In this document: positions 52,015-64,000 of the stretch, piece by piece
Position numbering within the stretch: the first letter of the stretch is position 1
How the letters are laid out: each line of letters opens with the position of its first letter
Assembly (NCBI GenBank): GCA_964016885.1
Contig: OZ024740.1
Span: forward strand, 128,712,001 to 128,776,000
DNA: 64,000 nucleotides
Source of the DNA: Eledone cirrhosa
Lineage: Eukaryota
Reading direction: 5' to 3'
The notes under the pieces: generated by a model
Told to the model about the DNA's origin: nothing
The model's database searches: none
What the model saw: the letters and a program-made list of their open reading frames with translations, nothing else
Position numbers and translations under genes: made by a program

Positions 52015-52510
52015 TTACCACATTCTGAGAAGTGGTATGAGCATAAGCCAGAGTCGGTGATAGAAAACGATCAGGTGAAGGTGCTATGGGATTTTAGGAT
52101 ACAGACGGACAAGAAACTGGAACCCAATAGGCCTGACCTGGTGGTTTTGGACAAGGAAAAAAGATCGTCCCTGATTTGCCCATTTGACACGAGAGTGCAA
52201 GAAAAGGAGAGGGAGAAAATTAACCGATACCAGGACTTAAAGTGGGAGGTAAAAAAGGATTTAGAACTGCCATGAAGTGAGAGTCGTCCCGAATGTCATA
52301 GGCGCACTAGGTACTATCTCAAAGAGTTTCCAAGGATGGTTAAAGAAAATTGGTCACGCCCCACTTTTTGGAACACTTGAAAAGGCATGCTTGCTGGGAA
52401 CAGCAATAACCCTCCGATACGTCCTGAATATCTGAGGCTGCAGGTAGTGGCATGATATTCATTTCAACAAACTTTCCAGTTAAATAACATCAATGACTGA
52501 GACTCAAAGA
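52015..52510 (+). mobile_element. R4/Dong family A, 3' fragment
   Basis: RLE region and family A 3' UTR, followed by (AAC)n-(AAT)n at 52511-52648. Confidence 0.92.
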
Positions 52511-52512
52511 AT

Positions 52513-52565
<53 letters not shown>

Positions 52566-52581
52566 AAACAACAACAGCAAT

Positions 52582-52649
<68 letters not shown>

Positions 52650-55600
52650 GCTATTAGCACAAAGTCAGCGAAGGGAAAATGAAACATGTGTCAGTGAAAA
52701 CGAGGTAAATTGTAACACTTCGAATCTGGCAACAGAACAAATTAAAGAAAGGATCGAAAAAGTGGAGGGAGTGCATGCTCAAGATGAAACTCCAAATGAA
52801 AATACTGAGATCGTAAATGATAAAGAAATGAATGAGAATGAACTTGCCAACTTGAAGGATGAAATTATGATCGAATGGATGAAAATGAAAGAATCTGACA
52901 TGGGGAAACGAGACACCCTCCCTAAGATCCAGAACTCCAAACAGAACCAAAAGATAATACACAAAACTAACATAATTCTCAAAAACATTATCATCACAAA
53001 CGAACTAAACATTACTGATTTAAATCATCTCTTTTATGCATCGGCTAAAGTCACCACTCACTTATGTGGAGTGAAGATGAAAAAACAAAGGAATTCCCAC
53101 AAGAAATCTACTTGGCAAGAGAACATCAATCGCCAAATAAACCTTCTCCAATCTGACATAGAAATTTTAACAAAATATAAAGTAGGTGAACATGTTAAAC
53201 AAACTAAACTTAGAAAATTGAAAAGAAAGTACAGTATAAAATCAACAAGTGACATAGAGATGATGATAGAAATAATCAAGCAAAAAGTGGCGGCCAAAGC
53301 TGCTCGTATAAGGCGCTTTGAAAAACGATCTAGATTCTATAAGGACAATAATATGTTTAAAAACAACCAAAGAAACTTCTACAGAAAAATTGGTAAGTCA
53401 ACAATAACTGCTAAATCAATACCACCCAAGGAGGAACTGCAAGAATTCTGGGAAAAGATCTGGGCCGAAGAAAAAGTTCATAACATACATTCCCCATGGA
53501 TAGACAGACAAATGAAACATACAGCTTACCTTGAAGAACAAATATGGGAAAATATAACAGTTGAACAGTTGCGCTTGGCTCTAAGAAAAACCAGCAAATG
53601 GAAATCCCCAGGAAAAGACAAAATACAAAATTTTTGGATAAATGCCTTCACAGAGTCTCATGAGCTGTTAGCCCAACTTTACAATGAAATAGTTAAGGAG
53701 CCAGAAAAGATACCATCATGGCTAGTTAATGGCACTACATTCCTGCTTCCGAAGAATGATGAGACAAACAATCCCCAAAATTACAGGCCGATAACAATTA
53801 CAGACTGACCACAATGTAAAACATTTTAACATCAGTCCTAACTGAATATACATATGACCACCTGATAACAAATGACCTATTTCCCATTGAGCAGAAAGAG
53901 TGTAAACGAGGCTCATATGGCTGTAAGGATCAGCTTTTGGTTAACAACATGATACTGGAAGATTGTCATAATAGACACAAAAATCTATCAATTGCTTGGA
54001 TAGATTATAAAAAGCATTCGATAGTTTGCCACACAGTTGGATTGAAAAATGTTTAGAGATTTTCAAAATATCCCCCGTTGTCAGGAGGTTTTTGTCATTC
54101 AGTATGAAGACATGGAAAACGACACTCCTTTTGAATAGTGAAACAAAATCACTGGAAACTGGAGAAGTTAATATTGATTGTGGAATTTTTCAGGGTGACT
54201 CTTTATCACCGCTTTTAATTTGCATGGCACTTATACCATTAAGTAAAATGCTCAATGAGACAAAACATGGATATAAAGTCTATGACAAAACCATTAATGG
54301 CTTGTTCTACATGGATGACCTGAAACTATTTGCAAAAAATGATGAACAATTGCAAGGGCTATTATCCACTGTGGAGCAGTTCAGTGATGACATTAAAATG
54401 GAGTTTGGACTAGATAAATGCGCCAAAGCAACGTTCACGAGAGGAAAGCTGCTGAAGAGTTCAGACATAAATCTTGATCGTGCGAATGTGATTAGAGAAC
54501 TTAATAAAGAAAAAAATTACAAATATCTAGGTTTTTGTGAAGGAGACGGAAACAAGCACTCGACAATGAGGGAAAAGATAAGGAAGGAATGTTACCGCAG
54601 ATTAGGAGCAATCTTAAGAACGGAATTGAATGCAAGGAATAGGATCGATGCCATAAACACGCTTGCCATACCAGTAGTAACCTACAGTTACAATGTCATC
54701 AACTGGTCAAGCACAGAGATCCGTAGGCTCGATACAAAAATTAGAAAATTCTTAACCATGCACAGAATGCATCACCCTAAGGCAGATACATATAGAATAT
54801 ATGTCCCTAGGAAAGAAGGAGGACGTGGGTTAATCCAGTTAGACATTGCGTTGAAAACTGCAACAATTGGATTATCTACATATCTAAGGGAATCACATGA
54901 TTGGATGATCAAACTCGTTTTGAAACACGAAAGCATCAAAAGATCATACTCCATTACAAAAGATGCACAAAGATACAGTAATGGACTACACATTCCAGAA
55001 TTCCCATTTACTGCTGAAATGGAAAACACAGAAAAATCAAAGCAGGTAAAAGTAACTGCAAAGAAAGAACTGCTACAGAAACTGGCTAAGAAATGGCAAG
55101 AAAAGCCTCTGTATGGAAAATACCCAGAGCAAGCTAACAATCCTGATGTTGACAAAACTTTAACCCATCAGTGGTTGGCATCCTCTGGACTGAAATCGGA
55201 GACTGAAGGACTGATTATATCAGCACAATATCAGTGTCTGCCAACAAAAAATTACCAAGCCAACATAATAAAAGATGGATGCAGCCCATTATGCCGTGTA
55301 TGCAAAAAACAACCAGAGATCATTGACCATATAATTTCAATGTGCAGTCCTATAGCTCCAACCGAATACCTAAACAGACATGACAGAGCTGCACAATACA
55401 TACATTGGATAATGTGTAAGCATTTTGACTTGCCCCATCAAAAGAATTGGTGGGAGCATCAACCACCTCCCATACTTGAAAAAGATCACATCTCAATCTT
55501 GTGGAACTTTAGCATCCAAACAGACCGAAAAATAGATGCAAATAGACCTGATATAATACTGAAGGAATTTAAAAAGAGGGTGTGCCTGCTAATTGACATG

Positions 55601-55990
55601 TCCGTTCCAATAGACAAGAATGTATCTATAAAAAACATTTGAAAAATTGAGCAAGTATAAGGACCTGGAGATAGAAATTGGAAAAATATGGAAATTGAGA
55701 ACTAAAACAATACCAGTGATTGTAGGGCCTCTGGGAATGATACCTAATGATTACTTATCGCAAATCCCAGGAAACCCGCGTATAGGAGAGATACAAAAGA
55801 TAGTACTAATGGGAACTTCCCATATACTAAGGAAGATTCTGTCAATATAAGTACATCACAAGTCTAAACACTAAAGATGCATGTGTGAGTATGTATGTTC
55901 TTTCTTGAACATGGCGGACCTTGTTGTCTCTTGAGGTCACTGGTTGTGACTTGGTGATAACTCGTATGAACATAAAGCAAGATAAATGCA
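52650..55990 (+). mobile_element. R4/Dong family B, 5'-truncated and frameshifted
   Basis: Homologous to ~19503-22867; ORF pieces 52762-53808, 54026-55642, 55647-55850; (AAT)n tail 55994-56055. Confidence 0.95.
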
Positions 55991-55992
55991 AC

Positions 55993-56055
<63 letters not shown>

Positions 56056-56057
<2 letters not shown>

Positions 56058-57737
56058 CCTGAAACTATTTGCAAAAAATGATGAACAATTGCAAGGGCTA
56101 TTATCCACTGTGAAGCAGTTCAGTGATGACATTAAAATGGAGTTTGGACTGGATAAATGCGCCAAAGCAACGTTCACCAGAGGAAAGCTGCTGAAGAGTT
56201 CAGACATTAATCTTGATCGGGGGAACGTGATAAGAGAGCTTGATCAAGAACAAACTTACAAATATCTAGGTGTTTGTGAAGGAGACGGAATCAAGCACTC
56301 GACAATGAGGGAAAGGATAAGGAAGGAATGTTACCGCAGAGTCAGAGCAATCTTAAGAACGGAATTGAATGCAAGGAATAGGATCGATGCCATAAACACG
56401 CTTGCCATACCAGTAGTAACCTACAGTTACAATGTCATCAACTGGTCAAGCACAGAGATCCGTAGGCTCGATACAAAAATCCGAAAATTCTTAACCATGC
56501 ACAGAATGCATCACCCTAAGGCAGACATAGATAGAATATATCTCCCTAGGAAAGAAGGAGGACGTGGGTTAATCCAGTTAGACATTGCGTTGAAAACTGC
56601 AACAATTGGATTATCCACATATCTAAGGGAATCACATGATTGGATGATCAAACTCGTTTTGAAACACGAAAGCACCAAAAGATCATATTCCATTACAAAA
56701 GATGCACAAAGATACAGTAATGGACTACAAATTTCAGAAGTCCCATTTACTGCTGAAATGGAAAACACAGAAAAATCAAAGCAGGTAAAAGTAACTGCAA
56801 AGAAAGAACTGCTACAGAAACTGGCTAAGAAATGGCAAGAAAAGCCTCTGTATGGAAAATACCCAGAGCGAGCTAACAATCCTGATGTTGACAAAACTTT
56901 AACCCATCAGTGGTTGGCATCCTCTGGACTGAAATCGGAGACTGAAGGACTGATTATATCCGCACAAGATCAGTGTCTGCCAACAAAAAATTACCAAGCC
57001 AACATAATAAAAAATGGGTGCAGCCCACTATGCCGTGTATGCAAAAAACAACCAGAGACCATTGACCATATAATTTCAATGTGCAGTCCTATAGCTCCAA
57101 CCGAATACCTAAACAGGCATGACAGAGCTGCACAATACATACATTGGATAATGTGTAAGCATTTTGACCTGCCCCATCAAAAGAATTGGTGGGAGCATCA
57201 ACCACCTCCCATACTTGAAAAAGATCACATCTCAATCTTGTGGAACTTTAGCATCCAAACAGACCGAAAAATAGATGCAAATAGACCTGATATAATATTG
57301 AAGGACTTTCAAAGGAGGGTATGCCTGCTAATTGATATGTCTGTTCCAATAGACAAGAATGTATCTATAAAAACATTTGAAAAATTGAGCAAGTATAAGG
57401 ACCTGGAGATAGAAATTGGAAAAATGTGGAAATAGAGAACTAAAACAATACCAGTGGTTGTAGGCGCTCTGGGAATGATACCTAAGGGGTCTAACGACTA
57501 CTTATCGCAAATCCCAGGAAACCCGCGTATAGGAGAAATACAAAAGATAGTACTAATGGGAACTGCCCATATACTAAGGAAGATCCTGTCAATATAAGTA
57601 CATCACAAGTCTAAACACTAAGGATGCATGTGTGAATATGTGTGTTCTTTCTTGAACATGGCGGACCTTGTTGTCTCTTGAGGTCACTGGTTGTGACTTG
57701 GTGATAACTCGTATAAACATAAAGCAAGATAAATGCA
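56056..57737 (+). mobile_element. R4/Dong family B, young 5'-truncated copy
   Basis: Nearly identical by eye to 21186-22867; starts at the second Asp of YMDD; TTG>TAG at 57433; (AAT)n tail 57738-57779. Confidence 0.95.
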
Positions 57738-57779
57738 AATAATAATAATAATAATAATTATAATAATAATAATAATAAT

Positions 57780-59724
57780 GACGATTTCATGTATTAGCCA
57801 AAATGGCCGACATGTAGGGGACAATACAAAGACAGGGGCAGTGGGGATTTACAATAAGGTCGAGTAAAATCGCACAATGGCAAGACTAATTTAACAATGA
57901 AGATATGAAATATAAAATAAACTATGCATAAATATAACAAAATAAATTCCCCGATAGGGGGTGGACTACCCTGGGTTGACTCAGGTACCCCACTAATCCT
58001 GAACCACTCTGCGCTTCTAGGGCACCCAGGGAGAGCACCTCTCTCCTCGAGTTAGCTAGCCTATAGGCGCATGGTCAGATTAGGCCCATTCACACGGGCC
58101 ATTCTCGTGACATTCATCCACCTTTTAGAAAATGTACAGGGGGCAGCACCTCTCTCTCCACCCTCACCTTCCTTTCCAGGTGAAACTTGTAGAAGTTGAT
58201 GAGGGATTGGCCGAAGAGAAAAGTGTCTGTCTTCAGTCCTTTTAATCTGGTCCACCATATAAGCTCTTTCGCAACAGCTACCAGATAGAGGAATATTACC
58301 TGCACTTCCTGACCTAAGGAAGGCGGCCGGTCGATCTTCACTATGGACTCGGCTGATAGCCGGATTCGCTCCACACGCGACAGTAGCTGTTCGATATAAT
58401 TCCACAAGTCAGTAATGCACGGACATTGGACAAGTGCGTGCAGAACGGTTTCGACGTTCTGTGTGCATCTTGGACAGGTCCGTCTGACAGCACTTCCCCG
58501 CCTGTAGAGTTTATCCCGAACCGGCAGTGCCCCCGGTAGCACTGCCAAGCGAGGGATTTCTGGAAATTGTCCATCGTCCCCGGCTCGAAAGTCCTCCGGT
58601 ACAGACTGGTCGGTTTGACTTCGTCGAGGCCCAAAGCTTCTCCAATTGCGTCATCGCACATGCCCACCACTAATCCTCTATAGAACTCGAGAGTGGAAAT
58701 ATTCAGTGATCGCATTGCCCGCTTTGTAGAGGAAAGTGAGTGCCTGGCAACACTCCGGGTGCCAGTCACACAGTCTGGGTCTCTTCTTGACCCAGGACTG
58801 CAGCTCGGTCAAAGAAACGAGCTACGGAAAGGCTCGTCTGATAAACGGCGACCACACCTATTCGCGCTTTAGGCAGAATATCTGGAGATGTCGCAGCCTC
58901 AACGCATGTCTGCGCATTATTAGCTACGGCATGCCAGCCCTCCACGTAGACGGTGCTGGCAGCAGATAGACCGCCTCACCAACGGAACTTGTCCCCTCCA
59001 CAAGAATTTGAAGAGGAGCCGTTCCAACTTGACGAGGCGCGGACGGGGGCAGGGCACGACGGTCAGGCGGTAGTAGATGATGGACGCGATGTACGCATTC
59101 GCGACCTCCGCGTGACCTTTCAGTGATAACATCCTCCCAGCCCATATTTGGGTGAGACTGGCTACTCTGTTCGTTACCTCGTCCCAATTCTTTTCCACCT
59201 AGAGGTCTGGTCCGAACCAAAACCCGAGCAACTTTACCGGTCCGTCCGTGCAGCGCCCCAGAACGCTGTTGGACCGTTAGGCTTGCCTCTCCAGGTTCCG
59301 AGCTGCAAGACCACCGACTTTTCCGGGTTAAGTTTGGCTCCTGTTAACCTTTCATATTCCTTCAACAAGGTGCCGGCCATCTCGATTTCTGAGGTGTCCG
59401 ACACTATCACTGTGATGTCGTCCGCATAAGTCGACACTGCCTTTCCACGTCCCGGCTCGAGCCGGATACCATGCAACGGCTCCAGCTTTCGCAATAAAGG
59501 CTCGAGAGTCAATACGTACAGAAAGGAAGAGAGAGGGCACTCTTGACGCACCGATCGGGAGTACTGAAATGGTTCCGAGAGGTGGCAATTAACCTTGACC
59601 ACCCAGCGTGTGCCGCTGTGCATTGCAGCGATCCAGCTTCAGAAGAAGGGCCGAAGCCAGCCGCTTTGAGGACAAACTCCTGATACCGATGGTTGACCCT
59701 ATCGAATGCTTTCGATTGATCTAA
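57780..59724 (-). mobile_element. Tx1/L1-clade LINE, 5'-truncated within RT and decayed
   Basis: LDQSKAFDRVNH, SVRQECPLSS, TYADDI, CPRCTQNVETVLHALVQC; 3' end gaaatcgtc(att)n. Confidence 0.92.
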
Positions 59725-59737
59725 ATAATAATTATTA

Positions 59738-61474
59738 TTATTCTGCATCGCACTTATACCATTAAGTAAAATGCTCAATGAAACATGGTTATAAATTCTA
59801 TGACAAAACCATTAATCACCTGTTCTACATGGATGACCTGAAACTATTTGTAAAAAATGATGAACAATTGCAAGTGCTATTATCCACTGTGAAGCAGTTC
59901 AATGATGACATTAACATGGGGTTTGGACTAGATAAATGCGCCAAAGCAACGTTCACCAGAGGAAAGCTGCTGAAAATTTCAGACATTAATCTTGATCGGG
60001 GGAATGTGATCAAGAGGAAACTTACAAATATCTAGGTGTTTGTGAAGGCGACGGAATCAAACACTCGACAATGAGGGAAAGGATAAGGAAGGAATGTTAC
60101 CGCAGAGTAAGAGCAATCTTAACAACGGAATTGAATGCAAGGAATAGGATCGATGCCATAAATACGCTTGCCATACCAGTAGTAACCTCCAGTTACAATG
60201 TCATCAACTGGTCAAGCACAGAGATCCGTAGGCTCGATACAAAAATTAGAAAATTCTTAACCATGCACAGAATGCATCACCCTAAGGCAGATACAGATAT
60301 AATATATGTCCCTAGGAAAGAAGGAGGACGTGGGTTAATCCAGTTAGATATTGCGTTGAAAACTGCAACAATTGGATTATCTACATATCTAAGGGAATCA
60401 CATGATAGGATTATCAAACTCGTTTTGAAACAAGAAAGCCTCAAAAGATCATACTACATTACAAAAGATGCACAAAGATACAGTAATAGGCTACACATTT
60501 CAGAAGTTCCATTTACTGCTGAAATGAAAAACACAGAAAAAGCAAAGCAGGTAAAGTAACTGCAAAGTAAGAACTACTACAGAAACTGGCTAAGAAATGG
60601 CAAGAAAAGCCTCTGTATGGAAAATACCCAGAAAGAGCTAACAATCCTGATGTTGACAAAACTTCAACCCATCAGTGGTTGGCATCCTCTGGACTTAAAT
60701 CAGAGACTGAAGGACTAATTATCGCAGCACAAGACCAGTGTCTACCAACAAAATATTACCAAGCCTACATAATCAAAAATGCCGTGTATGTAAAAAACAT
60801 CCAGAGACCATTGATCATATAATTTCAATTTGCAGTCCTATAGATCCAACCAAATACCTAAACACGCACGACAGAGCTGCACAATACATACATGTGTAAA
60901 CATTTTGACCTGCCCTATCAAAAGAATTTCTCGGAGCATCAACCACCTCCCGCACTTGAAAAAGATCACATCTAAATTTTGTGGAACTTTAGCATCCAAA
61001 CAGACTAAAAATAGATGCAAATCTACCTGATATAATACTGAAGGACTTTAAAAAGAGGGTATGCCTGCTAATGGATATGTCCGTTCCAATAGACAAGAAT
61101 GTATCTATAAAAACATTTTAAAAATTGAGCAAGTATAAGGACCTGGAGAGAGAAATTTGAACATTGTGGAAATTGAGAACTAAAACAATGCCAGTGGTTG
61201 TAGGCGCTCTAGGAATGATACCTAAGGGGTTTAATGATTACTTATCGCAAATCCCAGAAAACCCGCATATAGTAGAGATACAAAAGAAAGTACTAATGGG
61301 AACTGCCCATATACTAAGGATGATTCTGTCAATATAAGTACATCACAAGTCTAAACACCTAAAGATACATGTGTATGTATGTTCTTTCTTGAACATGGTG
61401 GAACTTGTTTTCTCTTGAGGTCACTGGTTGCGACTAGGGAATAACACGTATGAACATAAAGCAAGATAAATGCA
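59738..61474 (+). mobile_element. R4/Dong family B, 5'-truncated and decayed
   Basis: Homologous to ~21084-22867 with many indels; short AAT tail ~61479-61496. Confidence 0.93.
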
Positions 61475-61879
61475 ACCGTAATAATAATACTAATAATCGA
61501 ATCAGAATATAAAATGGATAGAATCCTGAAAATAAGGAAGTGTGAGGGAATATATAAGTATATATATATATATATATAGGTATAGCTTAGGCATTACATA
61601 AAGGAGCTTAATAAAACAAAACAATATATATATATATTATATATACTGAAAAAACACATTTCAAACAACTATGTAGTGCAACACGTCGTACAGTGAAAGG
61701 CTTATTGTAATATGACTGTTAAAACCAAAAAAGAAATATATTGTAAGATAAGATTAATAATTTAATATGTCATCCTATTGGTGGCATACATATATTCAAA
61801 AAGGTCATATTTTAAATATGTAAGCAGCAAAGATTTATCATCTAGGATAAATGGGGTGAATCAACAGTAAACGAACGTA

Positions 61880-63260
61880 CCGCTTTGAGTTATTGTATCT
61901 TAGTGTATTTAATGCGCGAAGCCGTAAACTACATAAGGTTGACTTTAAAAATGTCTCTATGCTATCATTAAATCGAGTACTGAATTTAATTCAATATTCA
62001 TCATAACATGTCTAATATCAAACAATTGAAAATACGTGTATGGTAGAGCATGAAAAATAGTATACGCATGTTTGCATTTAAAGTCATGTGTATGTGTGAA
62101 TGTATTTACAAAACGGTATTGAATGTGAGGATGGTGTAGCTTTTATAGCTGGTTTTAGCGAAACACAGTTCATCTCACACTGAAATATCACTGCGAAATT
62201 TAATTAATGAAGAGTAACTATTGGAAACCCTAATAGGGAAGTTTAGATAAATTGATTATATACATTGAAAGCGTTCTGTCAAGCACGTAACACCAAACGT
62301 ACAGATAACGTTTAATTGCAAGGCACATGTCGCGCTGCAAGTTTATATATTAAATCAAAATATCTTCTCGCATATTTATAGAATTAATGAGACAAACTCA
62401 CATGCCAACAGCCTTGTTCATTATTAAAAGCTTCCTCCATACATACACAACAATGCACACATATGCGTGTGTAAATGTAAAAATATGTACATAAGTATGT
62501 ATATATATATATATATATGCGTGCTGCCATATGACTTTGTAAATTTCATGGCACCAGATATATTGTGTTCATATTTCACACATTAATGCACATACACACC
62601 CAAACACATGTCATTAGAGGCAATCATTGCTACGTATACGCCTGAAGTCTGCGTGAGTTCTCTGCAAATGCACAGCACACTTGTATTGATATTGCTTATT
62701 CAAAATCATGATTTCTCAAATGAAATAACAATTATCATACTTAAGTTTTTTCTCTAATAGTGATGTCGAGTATATTAATTCCACACAGCTATATGCGAGT
62801 TGCTTTCTCGGTAATATGAGGTTAGTATATAAAGTAATATGTTTAGATTTTCCTTAGATGTTCCGAAGGCGTTGTTTGTTGGTAGAGGTACAACATACAA
62901 ATAACAGGAGGACTTTACAGTATCGTACATATTGTATGTGTGTATGTGTGTTTGTGTATTCGTATGGATGTATTGATAAGTATGAATATGTAGAAGCCCA
63001 AGGATATAAAGTTATATAATATTGTGTTATATTCACACTTTTCAGTCTTAAATCAACTTCATCAATGAATATATGATGTTTTGTATTTCCATATCATGAT
63101 CTATTTAGCTTTTGTTAATGGTCAAAGTTTGAAAAAGCATACACTTTCTTTCTAGTCATGCTAAGAGTTCTTAGAAGTTGTAGGGACAGGTGATAGTATT
63201 TAGAGTACGTTATGCTTTTCCTGAAGTTTCAGAATTTGTAAGGTAAAGCAGAAATGTTTT
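61880..63260 (-). pseudogene. Possible decayed class A GPCR interrupted by microsatellites
   Basis: Minus strand: LYPWASTYSYLSI..YVRYC (TM3-like), NLILPR (TM4 end), GFPIVTLH*LNFAVIF (TM5), ILFFMLYHTR (TM6-like), QPYVVYGF (NPxxY-like). Confidence 0.33.
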
Positions 63261-64000
63261 AGCATTGATAACCGGTCGAACAAGCCTCAGTTGAAGCAAC
63301 ATCCTTAGTAGATATTTGCCTTCATAGTTCAATGTCGAATCTGGCTACAAAAGAGATAGTTAACGGGGATAACGCTCTCAATATTTAGGCACGATCTATG
63401 AAGCAAGAGGGAAGGTTCATATATATAAGCATATTTTTCGCTTCAACTAAGGATTCTTTGAACTATTAAAGTATATTCTGTTATACTCTCTTATATTTTC
63501 TAATACATCATTTTGTACATGTAATTCACCAATTCAATATTCTATATATTTCCGTAAATATCACAGTAATGTATTTACTCTAATCGTCTTCATATACGTT
63601 TGTTTCCAGATATCATGCTTTCATCGTAATATTTGGATGGATTATACTTGCAACGTCACTTGCAATAATGTTTTAAGAAATAGTTCTACTCTATAATATT
63701 TACTAACTTTCATAGATGAGGAAGAAACCTAAACCAACGTTTCTACTCCACGGTGTGTGGGTGTGAGTGTTTATGTCTGTCTCTGTGTATAAACGTATGT
63801 ACAGATGTATGTATATATGTATGTAGATACATAACACTAACATTTTATAAAATTATTTATGTATAATTCCTCCAAAATATACTTTATGAATCAATCCTTT
63901 TAGGAATAATATTTGTGCTAAATATCTAAGACATGTCTTCTTTTTTGTCCCATAGATAATATCGCATACATATTCGGCAACATGATAATATTTATTATAA

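Noticed and set aside
55921-57435. 504-aa ORF with poly-Asn, resembling a novel fusion protein
   Set aside because: Chance read-through from one copy's 3' UTR across (AAT)n into a 5'-truncated copy. It has a non-ATG start, lacks most of the RT and ends at a premature stop.

Overview
AT-rich, microsatellite-dense eukaryotic DNA whose repeat landscape suggests a coleoid cephalopod, probably an octopod (inference, not database-verified). I can support no intact host gene. Contents: (1) a decayed Penelope-like element (RT + GIY-YIG) with ~720-bp direct pseudo-LTRs at 1.8-7.2 kb; (2) two clusters (10.3-25.4 kb, 50.2-61.5 kb) of (AAT)n-associated non-LTR retrotransposons, comprising eight + strand copies of two R4/Dong-clade RT-RLE families (one uninterrupted 1216-aa ORF, one long ORF with a single nonsense codon) and three - strand Tx1/L1-type copies; (3) many copies of a tRNA-derived SINE whose 3' stem-loop and tail match the Tx1-like LINE; (4) several type I hammerhead ribozyme motifs; (5) local inverted/direct duplications and palindromes; (6) tentatively, decayed intronless class A GPCR relics. 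The most unusual pattern is strand-partitioned use of one (AAT)n target by two unrelated LINE clades, with repeated head-to-head Tx1(-)|Dong(+) junctions.
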